Of a DNA stretch of 6,006 nucleotides, positions 1 through 5,946 are shown one piece after another. A program made the position numbers and the translations under genes. How positions within the stretch are numbered: the stretch's first letter is position 1; every line of letters begins with the position of its first letter. The stretch is taken from the IMG/VR virus record IMGVR_UViG_3300026877_000020, positions 1 through 6,006 of that record. One strand, 5' to 3'. The notes under the pieces were generated by a model. It was not told where the DNA came from. It made no database searches and saw nothing but the letters and a program-made list of their open reading frames with translations.

Positions 1-67
1 TTAACTCATTTACCACATTTTCCAATTCACTTTTTATTTCGTTATAGTCAAATTCGTAGTCTATCAT
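1..67 (-). CDS. Partial hypothetical protein (N-terminus MIDYEFDYNEIKSELENVVNEL..., runs off window)
   Basis: Hand-translated. ATG at 67-65 lies 6 nt after the stop of 74..337 and is preceded by SD-like AAGGTTGA. 22 codons are open to the window edge. Not in the ORF track. Confidence 0.6.
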   Translation of the reverse strand, partial: MIDYEFDYNEIKSELENVVNEL

Positions 68-73
68 TTTCTG

Positions 74-337
74 TCAACCTTTCACAATTTTTGTTATATT
101 GCCAATAGTTATAGATTTTGTATTTCCAAAAGTTGAAAACCATATTTTAAATTTTATCATTTTATTAGCAATTTTAATATATCCAGAAATTGAATTATCA
201 GATTTTGTATATAGTATTAATTCTGCCTTTCTATTGAAGATAAAAGCATTTTCTAGAAGTTTTAATATTTGATTATCATCCATTTCTTCTATTTTTTGTT
301 TAATTTGTTGTTTTTTTACTTCATATATGTCTGACAT
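74..337 (-). CDS. Hypothetical viral protein (87 aa)
   Basis: Non-overlapping ORF co-oriented with its neighbours, with its own TATA+GTCA element at 364-378. Helical-looking N-half and beta-looking C-half; no recognised motif. Confidence 0.8.
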   Translation of the reverse strand: MSDIYEVKKQQIKQKIEEMDDNQILKLLENAFIFNRKAELILYTKSDNSISGYIKIANKMIKFKIWFSTFGNTKSITIGNITKIVKG

Positions 338-363
338 GTTTTCTCAATTAACGTTATGTTACA

Positions 364-378
364 TGACAAATAAAAATA
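364..378 (-). promoter_or_regulatory. Putative archaeal promoter, TATA-like + GTC (TATTTTTATTTGTCA)
   Basis: GTC about 28 nt upstream of the ATG at 337; same pattern as other promoters in the window. Confidence 0.6.
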
Positions 379-389
379 TTTTTATTTTT

Positions 390-1004
390 TCAAAATAAGG
401 AACCGTAACATTTTGCTCTGAATTCACAGGCTTTGCATAGATAATTATTCGCGCCAGGTATAGTTTTGTAATCTTGTGATTTCATAAATTCTTTAAATTT
501 TCTAATCCAGTCAATTGTTTTTTTCATATATTCGTCTAATACTTTTTTATTTATTTGGAATTGCTTAACTTCTTTATTTATTCTATTTAAATATATGATA
601 TAGACATTATCAATTTTATAGTTTTGTTGTTGTAATAAGTAATAGTAAATTGAAACTTGATAAAGATGATATTCCTTTATATTAAAATAGTTACTTGTGA
701 TAGTTTTTAGTTCTATAAGATCGTTATTACAAATTAAGTCAATTCTTCCAGAAATTTTTAATCCTTCAATTTCGCCTTTCACTTCAACTTCACTTTTACA
801 GCCTAATTTTTCAACAAAATAATTTTCTACTCTTTCATGATGTTGTTCTCCTAGATCTAAACTAATTTCATTAATTCCTCTCTCAAATTCAAATTTTCTA
901 CTAAGATAGCTTTTTCTGAAACATATTCCAATTTCACTAGGAAATATTGTATCCTCTGGATATTTCATTTTGAAGCTTTGTTTCACAAATTCTTCATAAT
1001 TCAT
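390..1004 (-). CDS. cas4: Cas4-like RecB/PD-(D/E)xK ssDNA nuclease with Fe-S cluster (SIRV2 gp19/ORF207-like)
   Basis: N-terminal PSEIGIC, GRID...IELKT nuclease motifs, QxxxY (QVSIY) and C-terminal CKAC-x5-C give the four Cas4 Fe-S cysteines. SD-like GGAGAGTGA precedes the ATG, 4 nt after the ATPase stop. Confidence 0.93.
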   Translation of the reverse strand: MNYEEFVKQSFKMKYPEDTIFPSEIGICFRKSYLSRKFEFERGINEISLDLGEQHHERVENYFVEKLGCKSEVEVKGEIEGLKISGRIDLICNNDLIELKTITSNYFNIKEYHLYQVSIYYYLLQQQNYKIDNVYIIYLNRINKEVKQFQINKKVLDEYMKKTIDWIRKFKEFMKSQDYKTIPGANNYLCKACEFRAKCYGSLF

Positions 1005-1008
1005 AGTT

Positions 1009-2316
1009 TCACTCTCCTAAATTGAAAAATCTCATTAAGTTTATTATTTTATTGCAAACTTCTTCATTTTGAACTTTTCCAATTTGTAAATCAACATCTA
1101 ATGCTTGCAATAAAATTTGGATATCAATACTTTGTTCTTGTCTTCTAGATTCTAAATTTTCGCAATTTACATAATTATTGATGCTATTTATCTTCTGCTG
1201 AATTAATTCAATTAAAGCTTTTAAAATTGAGGGATATAAAACTTGGGCATTTATAATTTTATCATAAGTTTTTTTAATTGCGATTTGAATAATATGAATT
1301 CTATCTAAAATTGCAGAAGTGAAAATTTCATAATTTTGTAAATAATCTTCAACATCTGGAGCTATTAGTCTATTAATTGTGTAAGCATAAGGATTACCTG
1401 CGTAAATTATTGGAATACATTTTTGAATAGTAGCAGATTTTGACTCTGTTCCAGCACCTCTTGTCCAAATACAATTTTCTATGCCAGTGCTTAGAGTTGA
1501 ATTTATAGTATTTAATTCTTTTGCTGAAAATCCATTTTTCCAAGTTTGAATTTCATCAAATATTAAGCCATTACTCAAGAATACAGCTCCATACATATTG
1601 TTTCGGGCATCATAGACTAAATTGGCATAAGTTGGCGGTTCTGTATAATAACGAAAATTGAAAACTTCTTGTAAAATCATAAAAGTTGTAGTTTTTCCAG
1701 TTCCTCTATTTGAAATTTCAATATAATTTATCTGTCTCTTTGTAATTGGTGATTTGAAAAGTGGAAATAGTCTTGGCAAAAATAAAAATATGTCAGTTGT
1801 ATCCATTTTTGTTACATCATATCCAAAGCTTTGAAGTAGAAGAGCATATGTTAGATGTTCTTGATTCGCTAAGTCAAATAATTCTTTTGCAATTTCATAA
1901 TTATTCGGCGGTTCAATTGAATAAATATCATAAATATGCCAGTCATTTATGCCTTTCCTAATTTTAACAAACATATAAGAAGTTATTAGGTTATAGAAAT
2001 CTTCAGGATTATCAGCTATAAGATGTGGGTCAAATTCACCAGTAAATCCATTTTGAAATTTCGCTATTACTGAACCATCTTTTACTTTAAAACTTGTAAT
2101 TTTTGAAATAAACTTAACTTCATCATTAAATAATAAATAGCTTTGAAAATATTGTTGATCAATTCCGCGTTTATAAGCTTTTAAAATCTCAATTTTTTTT
2201 CTTTCTTCAATCTGTTTTCCAGAGAGAATTATATTTAAAACTCTTTCTGTATCACGGGGATTGTAAAAAAAAGAATGAGACTTGACTTTATCCAAAAACT
2301 GAAAATCACTACTCAT
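1009..2316 (-). CDS. AAA+ ATPase, BrxL/Lon-like ATPase domain; rudiviral ssDNA-annealing ATPase (SIRV2 gp18/ORF436-like)
   Basis: Walker A variant SNRGTGKTT, Walker B LIFDE, sensor-1 IIYAGN, Arg finger SAILDRIH. Size (435 aa) and position between SSB and Cas4 match the recalled SIRV2 gp17-18-19 operon. Confidence 0.88.
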   Translation of the reverse strand: MSSDFQFLDKVKSHSFFYNPRDTERVLNIILSGKQIEERKKIEILKAYKRGIDQQYFQSYLLFNDEVKFISKITSFKVKDGSVIAKFQNGFTGEFDPHLIADNPEDFYNLITSYMFVKIRKGINDWHIYDIYSIEPPNNYEIAKELFDLANQEHLTYALLLQSFGYDVTKMDTTDIFLFLPRLFPLFKSPITKRQINYIEISNRGTGKTTTFMILQEVFNFRYYTEPPTYANLVYDARNNMYGAVFLSNGLIFDEIQTWKNGFSAKELNTINSTLSTGIENCIWTRGAGTESKSATIQKCIPIIYAGNPYAYTINRLIAPDVEDYLQNYEIFTSAILDRIHIIQIAIKKTYDKIINAQVLYPSILKALIELIQQKINSINNYVNCENLESRRQEQSIDIQILLQALDVDLQIGKVQNEEVCNKIINLMRFFNLGE

Positions 2317-2324
2317 AAAAAAAA
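2317..2324 (-). terminator. T8 tract, possible terminator of the SSB transcript
   Basis: Eight T on the minus strand 17 nt after the SSB stop and directly abutting the ATPase ATG; Sulfolobales terminate at oligo-T. Confidence 0.4.
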
Positions 2325-2331
2325 TCGTAAC

Positions 2332-2347
2332 TTATGACATTTTAAAA
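2332..2347 (-). promoter_or_regulatory. Putative internal promoter TTTTAAAATGTCATAA for the ATPase
   Basis: TATA box overlaps the SSB stop codon; GTC about 20 nt upstream of the ATG at 2316. Confidence 0.55.
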
Positions 2348-2743
2348 TTCGTCTTCAACATTCTTTTTCTGTGCTTTTTTCTGTGTTTTTTGTTCTTTCT
2401 TTTCTTGTTCTTCTTCACTTAATTCCAATTCCTCAACTTGTGTAGTATTATTACCTCTAGGCGTAAACTTTACATATTCATTTAAAATGTCAGCATATTT
2501 ATTTAAGAATTCTGCAATTAATCTTAAATCTTCTGCATCATTAGCAGTTATTCCTAATTGTTTTCTAAAGTTATTTTGGCTATGAATGGTCATAGAATAT
2601 CTTACTTTGCCATCTTGTGGAACTGCATTTAGTTGTACTACTAGTCTTTTTAATCCTTTTATCTTTAAAATTCTGCTAACTATTTTATTCTGTTCTTTTG
2701 CAGTTTTACCTAATTCATCTATTATTTCCTTCAGGCTTGCCAT
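2342..2743 (-). CDS. Rudiviral single-stranded DNA-binding protein (SIRV2 gp17/ORF131-like)
   Basis: 133 aa, first gene of the SSB-ATPase-Cas4 module. Folded N-domain plus low-complexity charged C-tail ending in acidic-aromatic EDEF. Confidence 0.82.
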   Translation of the reverse strand: MASLKEIIDELGKTAKEQNKIVSRILKIKGLKRLVVQLNAVPQDGKVRYSMTIHSQNNFRKQLGITANDAEDLRLIAEFLNKYADILNEYVKFTPRGNNTTQVEELELSEEEQEKKEQKTQKKAQKKNVEDEF

Positions 2744-2770
2744 CTTGTTTCCCGAATTAAAAGTTTGAAA

Positions 2771-2790
2771 TATGACAAATTTAAATATTT
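2771..2790 (-). promoter_or_regulatory. Putative promoter AAATATTTAAATTTGTCATA for the SSB operon
   Basis: A-rich BRE-like stretch, TTTAAA TATA box and GTCA about 31 nt upstream of the ATG at 2743. Confidence 0.7.
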
Positions 2791-2820
2791 AAGAATTTAA
2801 TAGCTTAATATATTCTCCAT

Positions 2821-2842
2821 GAGAAAAAAGAAATAAAAAAAG
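2821..2842 (-). terminator. Oligo-T terminator after the 90-aa gene
   Basis: Minus strand reads CTTTTTTTATTTCTTTTTTCTC immediately after the stop at 2845. Confidence 0.6.
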
Positions 2843-2844
2843 AT

Positions 2845-3117
2845 TTAAATTAACTTGAAGAATATGGATCTTATGATTTTTGAGATTTTGAGATTATATT
2901 TTTTAGCTAATTCTTCAAGTTTTTGATAGTACAATTCATCAATTGTGAAGAAAACACGTTCATCATAGTTATCTGTACTTTCTATTGGCTTAAATTGTTT
3001 TTCTCCATTTAGTATTTTGTCAATTTCTTGTTTTATTAAGTCTCTTTTTTGATAAAAAACATTTTTATATTTACTTGGTATGCGAATTTCTATATATTTG
3101 TTCTTCTGTCGCTTCAT
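2845..3117 (-). CDS. Putative DNA-binding protein with RHH-like domain(s) (90 aa)
   Basis: C-half RVFFTIDELYYQKLEELAKKYNLKISKIIRSIF fits the ribbon-helix-helix pattern. N-half KYIEIRIPSKYK resembles a second RHH strand-helix. Basic protein. Confidence 0.65.
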   Translation of the reverse strand: MKRQKNKYIEIRIPSKYKNVFYQKRDLIKQEIDKILNGEKQFKPIESTDNYDERVFFTIDELYYQKLEELAKKYNLKISKIIRSIFFKLI

Positions 3118-3149
3118 ATATTTCTTTATTTTTATAAAATATATAAACG

Positions 3150-3171
3150 TGACATATACATTTAAATGTCA
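3150..3171. promoter_or_regulatory. Divergent promoter core with inverted repeat TGACAT-N10-ATGTCA and palindrome ACATTTAAATGT
   Basis: Seen directly between the divergent starts at 3117 (-) and 3189 (+). TTTAAATGTCA lies about 19 nt before the Rep GTG. Confidence 0.6.
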
Positions 3172-3188
3172 GATTTTCATTTTGAAAT

Positions 3189-3533
3189 GTGATCTGTGAA
3201 AAAGTTTTCATTTATCATTTTCTTTACAATTATACATATTTTGTTACTATCGCTACAAATTATCGCTATAATGATACGACAAAAATTTATAAAAAATTTC
3301 GGCAATATATCTATAATCATGATAAAAATTCTCATGTATTTAGCGTAAAAGAATATACAACAAGATTACATGGACTTCATTACCATGTTTTAGTTTTCAC
3401 GAATAAAAAACTTGACTATTCCAGAGTTCATAAACGAATGCCAAAACATTCGGATATTAGAATTCAATTAGTTCCGAAAACAAAAAAAGATATAAAAAAA
3501 GTTTTAACTTATATGTTAAAAAATCAAAAATAA
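3189..3533 (+). CDS. rep: HUH endonuclease / rudiviral replication initiator Rep (SIRV ORF119-like)
   Basis: Motif I-like YFVTIAT, HUH motif GLHYHVLV and catalytic Tyr in TYMLK. Closely resembles recalled SIRV Rep. GTG start; an in-frame TGA at 3183-3185 prevents upstream extension. Confidence 0.92.
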   Translation: MICEKVFIYHFLYNYTYFVTIATNYRYNDTTKIYKKFRQYIYNHDKNSHVFSVKEYTTRLHGLHYHVLVFTNKKLDYSRVHKRMPKHSDIRIQLVPKTKKDIKKVLTYMLKNQK

Positions 3534-3534
3534 A

Positions 3535-3834
3535 TTATTTACTTTGTGACTGTTGTTGAGAGTTTGAATTTTGTTCAGCTTTTTTCTGTGCTAATGCATT
3601 TACATCTCTTAATGTATCCATATTCAATAATGAATTAACTCCAAGAGTTGTAGTGTCCTTTATTGATTCTATTGCTGTAATTGTTGATTTTGTCATTTGA
3701 TCAATTGCTATTTGGAATGATTCATTTGTTTGTTTTTGATTATAAAGATGTATAATTTCGCCAACAACATATGAGCCTATTAGAACTCCTATTAATGCTA
3801 AAAATCCTTCTAAAGCTGTTTGGCTTAGTGTCAT
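3535..3834 (-). CDS. PVAP, virus-associated pyramid egress protein (SIRV2 P98 / STIV C92 family)
   Basis: N-terminal TM helix followed by GEIIHLYN..AIDQMTKSTITAIESIKDTT..LLNMDTLRDVN.LA, closely matching recalled SIRV2 P98; 99 aa. Confidence 0.93.
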   Translation of the reverse strand: MTLSQTALEGFLALIGVLIGSYVVGEIIHLYNQKQTNESFQIAIDQMTKSTITAIESIKDTTTLGVNSLLNMDTLRDVNALAQKKAEQNSNSQQQSQSK

Positions 3835-3886
3835 TTCAATTCTGTTATTTACAAATTACTTAATAATAAAGTTTGTGCAAAAATTC

Positions 3887-3908
3887 GAAATATATAAATA
3901 TGTCATAA
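3887..3908 (+). promoter_or_regulatory. Putative promoter GAAATATATAAATATGTCATAA for the svtR-RHH operon
   Basis: BRE/TATA + GTCA about 29 nt before the ATG at 3933. Perfect palindrome GTTTATAAAC at 3914-3923 and SD-like GAGG downstream. Confidence 0.7.
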
Positions 3909-3932
3909 TGTATGTTTATAAACTGAGGAAAA

Positions 3933-4094
3933 ATGGAGAAAGAAGTAAAAAAGGAAAGAATTACGTTTGGAATTCATATAGATAAAGAGCTAAAGAGAAG
4001 GCTAAAAATCTATTGCGTGAACAACAATATCACTATGACTGAAGCTATAGAGGAAGCGTTAGAGGAATATTTACAAAAGAGGCAATCAAAATGA
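3933..4094 (+). CDS. svtR: SvtR-like ribbon-helix-helix transcriptional regulator (53 aa; SIRV1 ORF56b-like)
   Basis: Hand-translated: MEKEVKKERITFGIHIDKELKRRLKIYCVNNNITMTEAIEEALEEYLQKRQSK. The FGI..DK.LK.RLK.YC..NN...AIEEA..EYLQKR pattern matches recalled SvtR. Absent from the ORF track. Confidence 0.9.
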   Translation: MEKEVKKERITFGIHIDKELKRRLKIYCVNNNITMTEAIEEALEEYLQKRQSK

Positions 4095-4267
4095 GAGTAA
4101 TAAGTATAAAAATTCCAGAAAAACTCCTTGATGAACTCGATAATTATGCTATGAATCATAGATTTCATAGATCTGAAGTTGTCAGATTAGCGATTATAGA
4201 ATTTTTAGATAATCATGTCAGAAATAAAGAAAATGATGAAGTTAAAATTGAAAAAATTACGTTTTAA
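4091..4267 (+). CDS. CopG/NikR-type RHH transcriptional regulator (58 aa)
   Basis: Hand-translated: MRVISIKIPEKLLDELDNYAMNHRFHRSEVVRLAIIEFLDNHVRNKENDEVKIEKITF. Canonical RHH pattern (ISIKIP...RSEVVR.AI) and ATGA overlap with svtR. Absent from the ORF track. Confidence 0.88.
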   Translation: MRVISIKIPEKLLDELDNYAMNHRFHRSEVVRLAIIEFLDNHVRNKENDEVKIEKITF

Positions 4268-4306
4268 TAAAAAAAGTTATCTTAAGTTATTAATTTTTTT
4301 TCTTTT
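4266..4306. terminator. Bidirectional oligo-T terminator region between convergent RHH and dcd genes
   Basis: Plus strand TTTTTTTTCTTTT at about 4294-4306; minus strand CTTTTTTTATT at about 4266-4276. Confidence 0.55.
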
Positions 4307-4847
4307 AACTTTTATAGTTACTATTTTTAAATATTTCAAATCTTGGCAAAGTTACACCTCTTTGATATTGATATTTTCCATGATATGGTTTCTCTACTGG
4401 AGATAATGTTTTAGCGAAAATTAAATGTAGAAATCTTTCTCCAGTTGCTAATCTTACTGGAAATTCTGAGCCAATAATTTCTATTGTTAATTGACCCTTA
4501 AATCCGGCATCTATAATTGTTGGAGGTATAGAAATTCCAAGTCTAGCATATGTAGAACGTAGATTCACAAAAGCCATAATATCGTTTGGAAGTTCTATAT
4601 ATTCAAGGGTTTCCATTAATAAATGTTCATGAGGTTGTATTACAATTTCGTAAGAATCTACAATTTCGTAAAAATCTTCTATATTATCATCTGGCTCGAA
4701 TACTTTATCTGTTTTTTTCAATCTAGCAAAATGATTTCCAATTCTTAAATCTACGCCATTTTCTCTTACTATTTCTTCCGAATATGGCACTATTTTTATC
4801 CATTCTTTTTCTAGATAGTATTTTAAATCACGATCACTTAAGATCAT
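4305..4847 (-). CDS. dcd: dCTP deaminase / dUTPase (trimeric Dcd-Dut family)
   Basis: MILSDRDL start, [30 protein letters not shown] and PYHGKYQ.Q.GVT motifs. Catalytic-type Ser/Arg/Asp/Glu residues are present. Confidence 0.93.
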   Translation of the reverse strand: MILSDRDLKYYLEKEWIKIVPYSEEIVRENGVDLRIGNHFARLKKTDKVFEPDDNIEDFYEIVDSYEIVIQPHEHLLMETLEYIELPNDIMAFVNLRSTYARLGISIPPTIIDAGFKGQLTIEIIGSEFPVRLATGERFLHLIFAKTLSPVEKPYHGKYQYQRGVTLPRFEIFKNSNYKS

Positions 4848-4871
4848 GTTTTATCGAGTTTGAAAAATAAG

Positions 4872-4890
4872 ATATGACGAATATATTTCT
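4872..4890 (-). promoter_or_regulatory. Putative promoter AGAAATATATTCGTCATAT for dcd
   Basis: TATA-like + GTCA about 29 nt upstream of the ATG at 4847. Confidence 0.6.
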
Positions 4891-4911
4891 TATTATTTTT
4901 TATTTTCTAGT

Positions 4912-5130
4912 TTAGGAATCAATATTTGGAGGTTCATCTTCAAAAATTTCTATATATTCATCATCCATAGTTCCTAATGGGTCAAAATATTCAATTCTAT
5001 ACCATTTTCCGTTACATTTTATATAACAACACCAATCTGTACAAAAATAACTATTTTCATCACAATTTTCTAAAATTGATTTCAAAATATGTTGTTCATT
5101 TTTAGAATTTGAATTATCATAATTTTCCAT
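4912..5130 (-). CDS. Small acidic Cys-rich hypothetical protein (72 aa from internal Met; 86 aa if started at 5172)
   Basis: ORF track gives 4912..5172, but a TATA+GTCA element at 5148-5166 points to the ATG at 5130 (MENYDNS...). Confidence 0.7.
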   Translation of the reverse strand: MENYDNSNSKNEQHILKSILENCDENSYFCTDWCCYIKCNGKWYRIEYFDPLGTMDDEYIEIFEDEPPNIDS

Positions 5131-5147
5131 GATTTTTACTTTTAACT

Positions 5148-5166
5148 TTATGACAAATATATTTTT
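5148..5166 (-). promoter_or_regulatory. Putative promoter AAAAATATATTTGTCATAA
   Basis: Matches the window consensus; GTC about 22 nt upstream of the ATG at 5130. Confidence 0.6.
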
Positions 5167-5168
5167 AT

Positions 5169-5411
5169 TCATTTCTTCTTTTTTAATCTTTCAATTTCAG
5201 CTTTAAGTTCATCAATTTCATCATAAATATCTGCAAAAATGTCATAAATTTCTACATACATAAATGCAAAAATTCCAGATGCAAAAATTACTGATATTAT
5301 AATTTCTAATATATTTTTTGTTAGAATTCCTAATGACAAAATTACTAAAGCTAAAAATATAAAAGCTAGAAAAATTAAAAAAACTATTATTAAACGGCAT
5401 TCTTTATCCAT
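5169..5411 (-). CDS. Hypothetical membrane protein, 2 predicted TM helices + C-terminal coiled coil (80 aa)
   Basis: Hydrophobic stretches LIIVFLIFLAFIFLALVILSLGIL and IIISVIFASGIFAFMYV; heptad-like IYDEIDELKAEIERLKKKK. Confidence 0.75.
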   Translation of the reverse strand: MDKECRLIIVFLIFLAFIFLALVILSLGILTKNILEIIISVIFASGIFAFMYVEIYDIFADIYDEIDELKAEIERLKKKK

Positions 5412-5423
5412 TTTTTCTCATTT

Positions 5424-5741
5424 TTATTTTTCGTTTTCTGACAAATATATACTTTTGCTAACTTCTCCGCAAAAAACTGTAATATTAAACATATTATGAT
5501 TGTATCGCCAATTTATTTTAATATATTGTGGATATTTGAAAGTTTTAATTATATATCTCAAAATTCCAATTCCTTTTTTCTCATATCTTTCTTTTGTAAT
5601 ATTCATTCTAATTTTTATAGTTATCAATTTTTCATCTTCCAAAACTAAATAATCGTAAACGTTATCAAAGTAACGCATTTTTAACCACTCGAATAATTGA
5701 AGAGTATATTTTTTACATTCTAATTTGACAAAGTCATCCAT
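5424..5741 (-). CDS. Hypothetical viral protein (105 aa)
   Basis: Co-oriented ORF with upstream TATA+GTC element; basic and aromatic-rich; no recognised motif. Confidence 0.75.
   Translation of the reverse strand: MDDFVKLECKKYTLQLFEWLKMRYFDNVYDYLVLEDEKLITIKIRMNITKERYEKKGIGILRYIIKTFKYPQYIKINWRYNHNMFNITVFCGEVSKSIYLSENEK
5438..5456 (-). promoter_or_regulatory. Putative promoter AAAAGTATATATTTGTCAG embedded in the 3' end of the 105-aa gene
   Basis: TATA+GTCA about 29 nt upstream of the ATG at 5411. Confidence 0.55.
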
Positions 5742-5759
5742 ATTTCAACTTTCATAATT

Positions 5760-5779
5760 CGACAATTAAATAATTTTTT
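5760..5779 (-). promoter_or_regulatory. Putative promoter AAAAAATTATTTAATTGTCG for the 105-aa gene
   Basis: TTTAAT + GTC about 20 nt upstream of the ATG at 5741; a second AAAATGTCA lies just upstream. Confidence 0.5.
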
Positions 5780-5946
5780 GACATTTTACGTATAGTATAA
5801 TATATAGCATGCAATTCTCATAATTATCTCAATTTTTTAATTCATAATATCATCAGCTCATATACAAAATATTATGTATATAGTTTTTGTCTTGAATTTT
5901 ACGCCAATTATAACAATTATTATTCATCATATTACATATACGACGT

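Noticed and set aside
390-1004. CRISPR-Cas locus or mini-array implied by cas4
   Set aside because: No repeat-spacer structure and no cas1/cas2 seen; solo Cas4 is a standard rudiviral gene.
1761-1961. 66-aa plus-strand ORF
   Set aside because: Entirely antisense within the ATPase gene; GTG start, no motif; shadow ORF.
1009-2316. BREX defence system or intact Lon protease
   Set aside because: No pglX/pglZ/brxC neighbours and no protease domain; the context is viral.
2586-2768. 60-aa plus-strand ORF
   Set aside because: Antisense to the SSB gene; its hydrophobicity reflects the reverse complement of Lys/Glu-rich codons.
3189-3533. IS200/IS605 TnpA transposase or plasmid rolling-circle Rep
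   Set aside because: The HUH+Tyr motifs are shared, but sequence and context match rudiviral Rep; no tnpB or IS ends are present.
4215-4406. 63-aa plus-strand ORF
   Set aside because: Overlaps the better-supported RHH gene (4091-4267) out of frame, crosses the terminator tracts and runs antisense into dcd.
5131-5172. 14-aa N-terminal extension of the 86-aa ORF
   Set aside because: Coincides with a consensus TATA+GTCA promoter, so Met 5130 is preferred. Not fully excluded, since 5172 overlaps the upstream stop and could be translationally coupled.
5853-5930. 25-codon minus-strand ORF MMNNNCYNWRKIQDKNYIHNILYMS
   Set aside because: Too short, with no recognisable homology or clear SD; not called as a CDS.
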